Assembly: GCA_963716025.1 (NCBI GenBank)
Contig: CAVQSY010000003.1
Span: forward strand, 55,059-119,058
Reading direction: 5' to 3'
DNA length: 64,000 nucleotides
From: an uncultured Chloroflexia bacterium
GTDB taxonomy: Bacteria; Chloroflexota; Limnocylindria; Limnocylindrales; CSP1-4
The position numbers and the translations under genes were made by a program. Positions within the stretch are counted from its first letter, which is position 1. Each line of letters begins with the position of its first letter. Below, one piece after another: positions 9,489 through 18,754 of this stretch. Below the pieces are notes generated by a model, which made no database searches, was not told where the DNA came from, and saw only the letters and a program-made list of their open reading frames with translations.

Positions 9489-10217
9489 CTACGTCGCGCG
9501 GCGGCCGCCACCGCGCCTGGCTCGCGCTTCGGCGCCCGGATCCTCGCCTGCCGGATCCTCGCCTGCCGGATCCTCGCCAGCAGCGGCACGGCGCGCCCGG
9601 GCGAGGTACTCCGGGCCGTGCTTGCGGGGATCGGCGTATTCCCGGGGGTTGAGCGTCCAGTAGGTGCCCGACGAGGGCCCGTACCAGGCACCGCCCTTCC
9701 ACTCCGGATCGAGCGGCATCTCGGTCGCCTCGTCATAGGTGGTGGAGCCGGGCGTGGCCCTGCGCGTTCCGCGCCCGGGATGCGCGCCCGCGCCGCTGGT
9801 GCCGCCGGCATCGTCGCCGGTACCGCTGCGGGCACCCGGCTCGCGGCTGCTGCGATTGCCGGCTCCGGGACCGGCGGCCGGCTCCGCCGTCCCCTTGTCG
9901 CCGGCGTCACGGGCAGACCCGCGGCCGCCGCCGGCCTGCCTCGCACGCCAGGCGTCCCGCGACGCCCGCGGCCGCGCAGCATCGGCCTGTCCCGGGTCGG
10001 CCGGCGCCCACGGGTCGCGCACCCGACGAAGGCGCCCATCACCGTCCACCAGGTGCTCGTAGGCTGCCTGGATCGCCAGGAACCTCGACAGCGCCCGCTC
10101 GCCCGCCGTGTCGGGGTGGTACTGCTTGGCCAGCCGGCGATAGGCGGACTTGATCTCGTTCAGGGAAGCACCGGGCGCCACGCCGAGTGTCCGGTGGGGA
10201 TCTCCCTGGAGCGTCAT
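9489..10217 (-). CDS. J-domain protein with a low-complexity linker and conserved C-terminal module
   Basis: DPHRTLGVAPGASLNEIKSAYRRLAKQYHPDTAGERALSRFLAIQAAYEHL (HPD). C-terminal block EWKGGAWYGPSSGTYWTLNPREYADPRKHGPEY, then (AGEDP)x3. Confidence 0.8.
   Translation of the reverse strand: MTLQGDPHRTLGVAPGASLNEIKSAYRRLAKQYHPDTAGERALSRFLAIQAAYEHLVDGDGRLRRVRDPWAPADPGQADAARPRASRDAWRARQAGGGRGSARDAGDKGTAEPAAGPGAGNRSSREPGARSGTGDDAGGTSGAGAHPGRGTRRATPGSTTYDEATEMPLDPEWKGGAWYGPSSGTYWTLNPREYADPRKHGPEYLARARRAAAGEDPAGEDPAGEDPGAEARARRGGGRRAT
9536..9580. repeat. tandem repeat, 15-bp unit CCGGATCCTCGCCTG x3
   Basis: Units at 9536, 9551 and 9566 (the last has 2 changes). In frame within the J-domain gene, encoding AGEDP x3. 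Confidence 0.9.
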
Positions 10218-10263
10218 CGGGGCGCCTCCGCGGCGAGGTGGGGGTCAGCCGTCACCGCACGGG

Positions 10264-11397
10264 TCAGCCGGTGAGCTCGCCCACCGGCGCCAGCTCGAAC
10301 GACGCGATCGCCTCGCCCACCACCCGACCGTGCGGATCGAGGCTCGGTGGCCGGTGGTAGCGCGAGAGGACGCGGAGCGCCTGGCCCTCGAGCACACCGA
10401 TCTGGCTGAGCGCCTCGACGGTTGCGGCGTGGCCAGCGCGATCGTATCCACCCCCGTCTTCGATCTTGAGGGCGAACCCGGATGGCGACGAGCCCTCGCC
10501 GCGCGCGCCGGCGAGGATCCCCACGCACGACAGCGCCTCGGCGCCTCCCTTGACGACAAGCGCGCCCGGCACCGCCTTCATGAGCGACGTGTCGAGACGC
10601 TCACGGGTCCCGGCGACGAGATCAGGGTGCGCGACCATCGAATCGCGCACGGTCGCCAGGTGACGGGCAAGGGATGATCGCGCGTCCGACGCCGGCAGCA
10701 ACTCCGGGCCGGCGAGGATCGCGAACGCGCGTGCGATCTCCCGGAGCGGGAACGCGAACGTCGCCACCCCGCAGGCATCGATGCTGGTCACGAGGCGCGA
10801 CGGTGTCACCCCGAAACAGGCCGCCACGACGTCGACATAGGCCATGTGCGCCGGGTGATCCTCCTGCCAGTAGGTCTCCAGATCCCAGCCGCCCATCTTC
10901 GCCAGCAGCAGGAACGCCGTGTGTTGGCCGGAGCACATCTGCCGGAACGGGCCCGGCCGCTCGCCATCGCGGGCAAGCCGTGCCGCCGTGAGAGTGTCGA
11001 GCGGTCCGTCCGTGCCGCACGAGAGGGCCGCCTGCGCGATGCCGGCCCGGCGGTAGAGCCCCATGAGCGTCCGGACGTGGAGGTCCTCGCCCGAGTGGCT
11101 GGACGCCATGATGGCCAGCTCCTCAGCGGTGAGGTCGAACTCGGCCTGGCCGCCTGCCCGCAGCAGCGCCACCAGGCCGAACGGCTTGACCGCCGACCGG
11201 AGGTTGACGAGGCGATCCGCATCACCCAGCGAGTGCAACAGGCGGCCGCTCGAATCGACCTCGGCGATGTCGCCTCGGTGGACCGATTCCGTGACCCCGC
11301 TTCGCACCTGGCGGACCAGCACCGGCGGCACCGTCCAGCGCCCGGGTCGAGGGGATACGGCGGGTCGCGGGGAGCGGCTCGGGGTGCGCGTGGCCAT
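10264..11397 (-). CDS. asparaginase II family protein (Pfam Asparaginase_II type)
   Basis: Start MATRTPS (ATG at 11397). TESVHRGDIAEVDSSGRLLHSLGDADRLVNLRSAVKPFGLVALL...MASSHSGEDLHV...CSGQHTAFLLLAKMGGW...HPAHM. The 826-aa ORF in the track is an upstream read-through artefact. Confidence 0.8.
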   Translation of the reverse strand: MATRTPSRSPRPAVSPRPGRWTVPPVLVRQVRSGVTESVHRGDIAEVDSSGRLLHSLGDADRLVNLRSAVKPFGLVALLRAGGQAEFDLTAEELAIMASSHSGEDLHVRTLMGLYRRAGIAQAALSCGTDGPLDTLTAARLARDGERPGPFRQMCSGQHTAFLLLAKMGGWDLETYWQEDHPAHMAYVDVVAACFGVTPSRLVTSIDACGVATFAFPLREIARAFAILAGPELLPASDARSSLARHLATVRDSMVAHPDLVAGTRERLDTSLMKAVPGALVVKGGAEALSCVGILAGARGEGSSPSGFALKIEDGGGYDRAGHAATVEALSQIGVLEGQALRVLSRYHRPPSLDPHGRVVGEAIASFELAPVGELTG

Positions 11398-11522
11398 CGC
11401 CCGCGAGCATAGCGCGCCGGGCACCGCGCGGCCCGTCGTCGCGCTAGCATTGAGCCTCGACCGGCAGGAGCGTGCCGCCCGGACGCACGGCGCCCGAACC
11501 CCGATCACAACGAGGGACACCC

Positions 11523-12168
11523 GTGGCTGACTGGCCGAACCTTCACGTGTCGCAGCACCCCGCCGTCCGCCACAAGCTGGGCATCCTGCGGGACGTGGCG
11601 ACCGAGCCCAAGAAGTTCCGCGAGGTCGTCCGGGAGCTCTCCTGGCTGCTGGGCTACGAGGCGCTCGCCGACGCCCACACCCGGCCCATCGACGTCCCGA
11701 CGCCGCTCGAGGTCGATGCAGGGCGAGGAGCTCGCCGATCGCATCGGCTTCATCCCCATCCTGCGCGCCGGTCTGGGCATGGTGGACGCGTTCCTGGAGC
11801 TGATGCCCACCGCCCAGGTCTGGCACCTGGGCCTGTTCCGCGACGAGCGCACGCTCCGCCCGGTCGAGTACTACAACAAGCTGCCCAACACCAGCACCGT
11901 GGACCTGTGCCTGATCCTCGACCCGATGCTCGCCACGGGCGGATCGGCCACGGCGGCGATCGAGGTCCTCAAGAAGTGGGGCGCGGTCCGGATCAAGCTC
12001 GTCAACCTGATCGCCGCGCCCGAGGGCGTCGAGGCGGTCCTGGCCGCCCACCCCGAGGTGGAGATCCACACGGCCGCCCTGGACCGCCAGCTCAACGAGA
12101 AGGGCTACATCATGCCCGGCCTGGGCGACGCCGGCGACCGCCAGTTCGGGACGGGCCACAGCGGCTGA
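11523..12168 (+). pseudogene. upp: uracil phosphoribosyltransferase with one +1 frameshift near 11715
   Basis: GTG at 11523: [47 protein letters not shown]...PTPLEV. The frame then switches to ORF 11716..12168: [22 protein letters not shown]...[11 protein letters not shown]...[17 protein letters not shown]. An extra G sits in GTC-G-ATG-CAG. Confidence 0.9.
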
Positions 12169-12249
12169 CTGCCAGCCGTTGCCGCCGAAAGGACGGCGCG
12201 CGCGGCGCGGCACGCCACGCAGCACGGGCCCCGCCGCTAGCATCTGTCG

Positions 12250-13389
12250 ATGCGCCTCACCGCCCGGCGGCTCAATCGGGCAACGATCGCTCGGCAGCTG
12301 CTGCTCCAGCGCGAGGCGGTTGACGTCGTGGAAGCGGTTCGGCGCGTCGTCGCGCTCCAGGCCCAGGAGCCGGCCGCGCCGTATGTGGCGCTGTGGGATC
12401 GGGTGGAGGGATTCGACCCCGCGGAGCTGGACGCCGCATTCGCCAGCCGGGCGATCGTCAAGGCCCAGCTGATGCGGATCACGCTGCATGCGGTGACCGC
12501 AGGCGACTACCCGGCCTTCCGGGAGGCGATGGAGCGCACGCTGCGTGCGGTGCGGCTCCACGATCGGCGGTTCACGAGCGAGGGCATCTCGATCCCGGAC
12601 GCGGACGCGCTCGTCCCGGACCTGCGCACGTTCATGTCCTCGCCCCGGCGCAATCGCGAGGTCGAGGCATGGCTGGAGGTGCGCTTCGGGGCCCCAATGG
12701 CACGCGTGTGGTGGGCGCTCCGCCAGTGCGGGCCGTTCGTCCACGCCGTGACCGGTGGCCCGTGGTCGTTCGGGCCAACGCCCGCGTATGTGGGCGCCTG
12801 CGAGCCGACGCGTGGGGGCGATGTCGCCGCCTCGACGCGGTCACTCGTCGTCCGCTACCTCGAGGCGTTCGGACCGGCCACCATGCAGGACATCGCGCAG
12901 TTTGGGACGATCTATCGACCGCCCGTGCAGGCCACACTGGCATCCCTCGGTGACGCCCTCGTGCGGTACGAGGGGCCGAACGAAGAGCTGCTCTATGACG
13001 TCCCCGGCGGCCGGCTGCCACCCGAGGACGTGCCTGTGCCACCGCGCCTCCTGGCCATGTGGGACAGCACGCTGCTCGCCTACGCCGATCGAAGCCGGAT
13101 CATCCCGCCTGCGTACCGATCGCAGGTCATGCGCAAGAACGGCGACGTGCTGCCGACGATCCTCGTCGATGGCCACGTGGCGGGTGTGTGGCGCCCGACC
13201 GCGATCGGCATCGAGGTCACGGCGTTTCACCCTCTGGGCGACGATGCGTGGGCAGGGCTCGAGACCGAGGCCAGGAGCCTTCGAGCGCTTCTGGCTGGCC
13301 GTGAGCCCATCATCTTCCAGGGCCGATTTGCCCACTGGTGGACCCAGATGCCGACCGACGGCGTGGAGGTGCGCACCCTGGGCAACTGA
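12250..13389 (+). CDS. winged-helix HTH_42 (DUF1006) protein, AlkZ/YcaQ-family DNA glycosylase-like
   Basis: MRLTARRLNRATIARQLLLQRE...VEAVRRVVALQAQEPAAPYVALWDRVEGF: family-typical N-terminus with a Q-A-Q triad where AlkZ-like enzymes carry Q-phi-Q. Intact 379 aa. Confidence 0.7.
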   Translation: MRLTARRLNRATIARQLLLQREAVDVVEAVRRVVALQAQEPAAPYVALWDRVEGFDPAELDAAFASRAIVKAQLMRITLHAVTAGDYPAFREAMERTLRAVRLHDRRFTSEGISIPDADALVPDLRTFMSSPRRNREVEAWLEVRFGAPMARVWWALRQCGPFVHAVTGGPWSFGPTPAYVGACEPTRGGDVAASTRSLVVRYLEAFGPATMQDIAQFGTIYRPPVQATLASLGDALVRYEGPNEELLYDVPGGRLPPEDVPVPPRLLAMWDSTLLAYADRSRIIPPAYRSQVMRKNGDVLPTILVDGHVAGVWRPTAIGIEVTAFHPLGDDAWAGLETEARSLRALLAGREPIIFQGRFAHWWTQMPTDGVEVRTLGN

Positions 13390-13491
13390 GGGCCCGGATC
13401 TGCTCGACGTCCTCGACACGCTGGAGATCGAGCACCCAGGGTGTCGGGTACCCTTCGTGCACGCTCGACGATCCCGACACGGAGGCGCCCC

Positions 13492-14073
13492 ATGGCCGAG
13501 GTCCTGCTGTTCCACCACGCCCAGGGTCTGACCCCGGGTGTCCGTGCCTTTGCCGACGAGCTGCGCGCCGCCGGGCACATCGTCCATACCCCGGACCTGT
13601 ACGAAGGCCGGACCTTCGCGACCCTGGACGAGGGGCTCGCCCACGCCAAGGGGGTCGGCTTCGAGGCCATCCTCGAGCGCGGCGTGCGGACCGCGGACGA
13701 CCTCCCCGCCGCCCTCGTGTACGCCGGCTTCTCGCTGGGCGAGATGGCCGCCCAGAAACTGGCCCAGACCCGGCCCGGGGCCCGCGGCGCGCTGCTCTTC
13801 TACTCCTGTATCCCGATCAGCGGCGAGTGGGCCTTCGGGCCCTGGCCGGACGGCGTCCCGGTCCAGGTCCACGGCATGGACGCGGACCCGGTCTTCGTCG
13901 GCGAGGGCGACATTGATGCCGCCCGCGAGATCGTCGCGAAGGTGGAAGACGCGGAGCTGTTCCTGTACCCGGGCGACCAGCACTACTTTGCCGACAGCTC
14001 GCTGCCCTCGTACGACGCGGAGGCGACCGCGCTGCTCACGACGCGGGTGCTCGCGTTCCTTGCCCGCGTCTGA
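13492..14073 (+). CDS. dienelactone hydrolase family protein
   Basis: MAEVLLFHHAQGLTPGVRAFADELRAAGHIVHTPDLYEGRTF...YAGFSLGEMAA...VQVHGMDADPVF...LFLYPGDQHYFAD. Confidence 0.75.
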   Translation: MAEVLLFHHAQGLTPGVRAFADELRAAGHIVHTPDLYEGRTFATLDEGLAHAKGVGFEAILERGVRTADDLPAALVYAGFSLGEMAAQKLAQTRPGARGALLFYSCIPISGEWAFGPWPDGVPVQVHGMDADPVFVGEGDIDAAREIVAKVEDAELFLYPGDQHYFADSSLPSYDAEATALLTTRVLAFLARV

Positions 14074-14086
14074 CCGCGCGCCCGAC

Positions 14087-14593
14087 GTGGATGATCCCGT
14101 GATCCGAGCCGCCTACAGCCTGTGGCCGCAGGTCAACCGCAGCCTGCGCGAGGTGGTGGCGGCGATGACCGGCGAGCAGCTGGCGATCCGCCCATCGCCC
14201 GACCGGTGGCCGCTCTGGGCGACGGTGGGCCACCTTGCCTGCCAGCGCGTGTTCTGGCTGTGCGACTTCGCGGGTGAGCCCGGCGCGGAGACCACGCCCT
14301 TCACGAATGCCGCGTACGACTGCCCCGGGGACGACGACCTCGAGCACGTGCTGGGAGCCGAGGAGCTCGTCGCTGCGCTCGACGCGACCTTCCGCATCGT
14401 CGAGGGCTGCCTGGACCGCTGGACCGTGGGCATGCTTGACGAGGAGATCCGCCACCCGGAGTGGGACGGCTCCTGGGTCCGCAGCCGTGGCTCGGTCATC
14501 CAGCGGGTGTTCACCCACGACATCGCCCACTGCGCGGAGCTCAACGAGGCGCTCGGGATCGCCGGCCTGCCCCAGGTCGAGCTCTGGCACTGA
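14087..14593 (+). CDS. DinB-family (four-helix, metal-binding) protein
   Basis: In-frame GTG at 14087. LWATVGHLACQRVFW...EELVAALDATFRIVEGCLDRWT...RVFTHDIAHCAELNEALG: the spaced His pattern of DinB/YfiT-like proteins. Confidence 0.65.
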   Translation: MDDPVIRAAYSLWPQVNRSLREVVAAMTGEQLAIRPSPDRWPLWATVGHLACQRVFWLCDFAGEPGAETTPFTNAAYDCPGDDDLEHVLGAEELVAALDATFRIVEGCLDRWTVGMLDEEIRHPEWDGSWVRSRGSVIQRVFTHDIAHCAELNEALGIAGLPQVELWH

Positions 14594-14685
14594 GCCGGGT
14601 GAGACGCCGGCCGCGACGGTCACGACCCTGACAGCCTGCCTCCGCGGCATGGCCTCGCAGGCCGAGGTATCGTGTCGGCCGAATG

Positions 14686-14702
14686 GTTAGGTCGAGCCTA
14701 AC
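14686..14702. promoter_or_regulatory. perfect palindrome GTTAGG-N5-CCTAAC upstream of the MarR/efflux operon (candidate MarR operator)
   Basis: GTTAGG at 14686-14691 and CCTAAC at 14697-14702, in a locally lower-GC stretch about 100 bp upstream of the MarR ATG. Confidence 0.4.
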
Positions 14703-14798
14703 TGTCAACACGGCACAAAGGGGAATGGCATCAACGACCGCGAGCGGACCGGCCTCATCGAGGCAGTCGTCGGCGACTACGAGGGCCTGCTTGCCAGG

Positions 14799-15242
14799 AT
14801 GGCCGAGGCGAACTCGCCGGAGTTCCTGGAGATCGACATCACGATGCCGCAGGCAAAGGTGCTGTACCTCCTGACTGCCGGCGATCTCCACATGTCGGAG
14901 CTTGTCGCGCGTCTTGGCGTGACCCTGCCGACCGTGAGCGGGATCGTGGACCGGCTCGTCGAGCACGGGCTCGTCGGCCGTCGCGCGGTGGAATCCGACC
15001 GCCGGCGCGTGTTCGTGGGGCTCACGCCCGCCGGAGCGGCGTTGATCGACCGCTTCCGGGACCTCAACGCCCGCCAGATCCGGGACCTCCTGAGCGTCCT
15101 CGACGACAAGGACCTCGAGTCGATGCGCGGGTTCCTGGCCGTCCTCGACCGGGGGGTCTCCAGCCTCGCGGCCGCCATGCCGATCACCACCCTGGCGCCC
15201 GACGCGGTGCCCGAAGGGGCTTCGAGGAGCGCTGCGTCATGA
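14799..15242 (+). CDS. MarR-family transcriptional regulator
   Basis: ITMPQAKVLYLLTAGDLHMSELVARLGVTLPTVSGIVDRLVEHGLVGRRAVESDRRRVFVGLTPAG. The frame is open upstream to 14691 and reads like coding sequence (ERTGLIEAVVGDYEGLLAR), so the true start may lie earlier or use a non-ATG codon. The stop overlaps the next gene (ATGA). Confidence 0.85.
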   Translation: MAEANSPEFLEIDITMPQAKVLYLLTAGDLHMSELVARLGVTLPTVSGIVDRLVEHGLVGRRAVESDRRRVFVGLTPAGAALIDRFRDLNARQIRDLLSVLDDKDLESMRGFLAVLDRGVSSLAAAMPITTLAPDAVPEGASRSAAS

Positions 15243-16729
15243 ACAGGCGAGTCGTCGCCATCGGCGTGGTGGTCGTTGGGGTGGCCCTGGTGGGACTCGC
15301 GGCGATCGGTGGGGCCATCGGCGGCCAGGCGCCGGAGGTCACGTACCTCACGGCGAAGGCATCAGTGGCGGACGTGCGCGACACCGTGTCGGTCAGCGGA
15401 TCCGTGCGGTCCGTGGAGAGCTACGGGCTGGCGTTCGGACAGGAGCCGGTCCGCTCACCGTCGGTGGCCTCCGCACCCGGCTCGGCGGTCGCCCCGCAGT
15501 GGACGGTGCTGACCGTGGAGGTGGCGGCCGGCGAAGCCGTCAAGGCGGGCGACGTGCTCGCGACAGCGGACACCGCGGACGCGGAGGTCGTCCTCACCGT
15601 GGCCCAGGCCAACCTCGCCGCGGCCCAGGCGCGGCTCGAGACCAGCGAGAAGCCGGTCACGAAGACGGCTCGCGCCAAGGCCCGGCTCGGCATCAAGCAG
15701 GCGGAGAGCCAGCTCACCCAGGCCAAGAAGGCCCGCACCCAGACTCGGGCGTCCGGACGGCTCGCGATCTCCCAGGCGACCAAGGTGCTCGACGACGCCC
15801 GGCAGCGCCGGAAGGACGACCGGGCGGCCGGCGCCCTGCCGTCGGTGATCGACGCCGACACGGCGGCCGTCAAGCAGGCGAAGCGCGCGCTGGCCACCGC
15901 CGAGCGCCAGGCAGCATCGGCAAACACGCAGGCCTCGGGACAGGTGGCGGCGGCGAAGCTCGGCGTGGAATCGGCCGAGCTCGCGTTCGACCAGGCGGTC
16001 AACGTGGACACCGATGCCGCGGTGTCCGCCGACCAGGCCGCCGTCGCCCAGGCCCAATCGGCCGTCTCGGACGCGGAGCGAACGCTCGAGCTGGCGACGC
16101 TGACCGCGCCGATCGACGGCGTGGTCTCGTCGGTCTCCATCGAGCCCGGCGATCACGTGTCGACCACCGTCGTTTTGCTCCGCGGAACCGCCGTCGAAGT
16201 CGCGGCCTCCATCACCGAGAGCAACCTGCCCGCGGTGGCGGTCGGCCAGCCGGCGGAGGTGTCGATCCCCGCCCTGGACACGACCGTGATCGGCACCGTG
16301 GATTCCGTGGATCTCGCAGGCGCCACCAAGAGCGCATCGGGGATCGTGTCCTACGGCATCGTGATCTCGCTCGAAACGCCGCCCGACGGCGTGGCGCCCA
16401 GCATGACCGCCGACGTGGACATCACGACCGCCAGCGCCGAGGGCGTGCTGGCGGTGCCGGTGACGGCCATCAGTGGCGAGCCGGGCACCTACACGGTGCA
16501 GGTGCTGGACGGACCCGATCGCGTGCGGACCGTCCCCGTCGAGGTGGGCCTCCTCACCGCGTCGCTCGCGGAGATCCGCTCGGGCATCGATGTGGGCACC
16601 GTGGTCGTCACCGGGACGGCCACCGCCAGGGACCTGGTGACGACCTTCCCCACCGGCCCCGGCGGCACCGGTGACGGGGGTGGCACAGGGACCGGAGGCG
16701 GGTCGAGCCCAGGGAGCGGCCAGAATTGA
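15239..16729 (+). CDS. efflux periplasmic adaptor (HlyD/MacA-type membrane fusion protein)
   Basis: N-terminal TM anchor MNRRVVAIGVVVVGVALVGLAAIGG, a long Ala/Gln-rich coiled-coil region, and barrel-like C-terminal blocks (LTAPIDGVVSSVSIEPGDHV). Confidence 0.8.
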   Translation: MNRRVVAIGVVVVGVALVGLAAIGGAIGGQAPEVTYLTAKASVADVRDTVSVSGSVRSVESYGLAFGQEPVRSPSVASAPGSAVAPQWTVLTVEVAAGEAVKAGDVLATADTADAEVVLTVAQANLAAAQARLETSEKPVTKTARAKARLGIKQAESQLTQAKKARTQTRASGRLAISQATKVLDDARQRRKDDRAAGALPSVIDADTAAVKQAKRALATAERQAASANTQASGQVAAAKLGVESAELAFDQAVNVDTDAAVSADQAAVAQAQSAVSDAERTLELATLTAPIDGVVSSVSIEPGDHVSTTVVLLRGTAVEVAASITESNLPAVAVGQPAEVSIPALDTTVIGTVDSVDLAGATKSASGIVSYGIVISLETPPDGVAPSMTADVDITTASAEGVLAVPVTAISGEPGTYTVQVLDGPDRVRTVPVEVGLLTASLAEIRSGIDVGTVVVTGTATARDLVTTFPTGPGGTGDGGGTGTGGGSSPGSGQN

Positions 16730-17445
16730 CAACGGTCCCGGTCGCTCTTGGCGCCCCGGCGGGGCCGGCCGCCGCCACGCCGGTCATCGAGATGCGCGGC
16801 ATCGGCAAGACCTACAGCTCCGGCCGCCTCGAGGTGCGGGCGCTGGTCGACGTGGATCTCGACGTGGCGCCCGGTGACTTCCTCGCGATCGTCGGCCCTT
16901 CCGGCTCCGGCAAGTCGACCCTGATGAACCTGCTCGGCTGCCTCGACCGGCCCACGTCAGGCACGTACCGGCTGGCCGGGATCGACGTCGCCACGCTCCC
17001 GGACGATGAGCTCGCCCGCGTCCGCAACCGGACGATCGGGTTCGTGTTCCAGTCCTTCAACCTGCTCCCCCGCACCACGGCCCTCGAGAACGTCGCCATG
17101 CCGCTCCTGTACGCGGGCGTCCGGCGGACCGAGCGGAACCGGCGGGCGCACGAGGCCCTGGCCCGCCTGGGACTCGATGACCGCCTGACCCATGAGCCCT
17201 CGGAGCTGTCCGGCGGCCAGCAGCAGCGCGTGGCGATCGCCCGGGCGCTGGTGACCCAGCCGGCGATCATCCTTGCGGATGAGCCCACCGGGAACCTGGA
17301 CTCAGCCTCGGGCGCGGACGTGCTCAAGCTGCTGCACGAGCTCAACGACGTCGGCACCACGATCGTCCTGATCACCCACGACAGCGACGTCGCGGTGGCG
17401 GCGAAGCGCAGCGTCCACGTGCGCGACGGGCGGGTCTCCTCGTGA
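16726..17445 (+). CDS. ABC transporter ATP-binding protein, MacB/LolD type
   Basis: TTG start overlaps the upstream stop (TTGA). GPSGSGKSTLMNLLGCLDRPTSGTY (Walker A), FVFQSFNLLP, LSGGQQQRVAIARAL (signature), ILADEPTGNLD (Walker B). Confidence 0.9.
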   Translation: MTTVPVALGAPAGPAAATPVIEMRGIGKTYSSGRLEVRALVDVDLDVAPGDFLAIVGPSGSGKSTLMNLLGCLDRPTSGTYRLAGIDVATLPDDELARVRNRTIGFVFQSFNLLPRTTALENVAMPLLYAGVRRTERNRRAHEALARLGLDDRLTHEPSELSGGQQQRVAIARALVTQPAIILADEPTGNLDSASGADVLKLLHELNDVGTTIVLITHDSDVAVAAKRSVHVRDGRVSS

Positions 17446-18638
17446 ACTGGGCGGAGCTGATCCCGCTCGCGATCTCCCGGCTGGCTGCGGCCCGGATGCG
17501 CGCCCTGCTGACGATGCTCGGCGTGATCATCGGTGTGGGCTCGATCGTCGCGCTGGTCTCGGTGGCGCAGGGCGCCACGTCGGGGATCACCAACCTGATC
17601 GAAGGCCTGGGGACGAACCTGCTCAGCATCAGCCCGGGTGCCAGCACCTTCGGATTCGTGCGCGGAGCGGCCGGATCCGGGGACACCCTGACCATCGCCG
17701 ACGCGGAGGCCATCCGGGAGATCCCCGGCGTCGCGGACGTCGCCCCCCAGGTGTCCACGATCGCCGTGGTGGTGGCCGGCGATTCCAACACCACGACCAC
17801 GGTCTCCGGGATCACCCCGTCGTTCATGCCGGTCCGGGCGTACGAGATCTGGCGTGGCTCGTTCGTGTCGGAGGCAGCGTACGAGGCGGGGCTGCGTGTT
17901 GCCGTGATCGGGTCGACCACGGCCGATGCCCTCCATCTCGGTGAGTCGGCGGTCGGCTCCAGGATCCTCGTCGGCGGCGTCCCGTTCCGCGTGATCGGGA
18001 TCCTCCAACCCAAGGGCATCCTCGACGACCAGGTCCTGGTCCCGCTCACGGCCGTGCGCGACTACTTCGTGGCGGGCAGCTCGCTCCAGTCGCTGTCGGT
18101 CTCGACGGAGCGGGCGAGCCAGATCCCGATCGTCAAGTTCCAGGTCACCGAGCTGCTGCGCGTCCGCCACGGGATCGCCCAGGGCGAGGAGGACGACTTC
18201 ACGGTCATCGACCAGACGCAGCTGCTGTCTGCGTTCGGGACAATCACGGGCTTCCTGTCGCTGCTGCTGGCCGGGATCGCGTCGATCAGCCTGCTGGTGG
18301 GCGGCATCGGCATCATGAACATCATGCTCGTCTCGGTCCGGGAGCGGACGCGCGAGATCGGGATCCGGAAGGCGATCGGGGCGCGCGGGCGCGACATCAT
18401 GGCCCAGTTCCTGATCGAGGCGCTGGTGCTGTCGATGGCCGGGGGCCTGTTCGGCATCGCGTTCGGGGTGGCGGCCTCGGCGCTGGTCGGGGCCGTGGCC
18501 GGCTGGGGGCTCAACATCAGCCTGACGACCATCCTGCTGGCCGTGGGCTTCTCACTGGCCGTCGGCGTGGTCTTCGGGGTCTGGCCCGCCCGCCAGGCGG
18601 CCCGCCTGGATCCGATCACGGCGCTGCGGTACGAATAG
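17442..18638 (+). CDS. ABC transporter permease, MacB/FtsX type
   Basis: GTGA overlap with the ATPase gene. N-terminal TM helix, a large periplasmic domain, and a C-terminal FtsX block ...SLLVGGIGIMNIMLVSVRERTREIGIRKAIGARGRDI... Confidence 0.9.
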   Translation: MNWAELIPLAISRLAAARMRALLTMLGVIIGVGSIVALVSVAQGATSGITNLIEGLGTNLLSISPGASTFGFVRGAAGSGDTLTIADAEAIREIPGVADVAPQVSTIAVVVAGDSNTTTTVSGITPSFMPVRAYEIWRGSFVSEAAYEAGLRVAVIGSTTADALHLGESAVGSRILVGGVPFRVIGILQPKGILDDQVLVPLTAVRDYFVAGSSLQSLSVSTERASQIPIVKFQVTELLRVRHGIAQGEEDDFTVIDQTQLLSAFGTITGFLSLLLAGIASISLLVGGIGIMNIMLVSVRERTREIGIRKAIGARGRDIMAQFLIEALVLSMAGGLFGIAFGVAASALVGAVAGWGLNISLTTILLAVGFSLAVGVVFGVWPARQAARLDPITALRYE

Positions 18639-18754
18639 GCTCGTCCGGTCTGCGCTCCGGGTCCCAAGGACCACCGGGGACTTGACCACCGTCGCCAACG
18701 CCCCATCATCACGGCACATACCTACGGAAATCGGGAGCACGGGGGTCCGGCCGG

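Noticed and set aside
10264-12744. 826-aa minus-strand ORF suggesting a giant protein that includes the asparaginase II domain.
   Set aside because: Only the last 377 aa (from ATG at 11397) look like a real protein. The upstream part is antisense to upp and the AlkZ-like gene, and is low-complexity.
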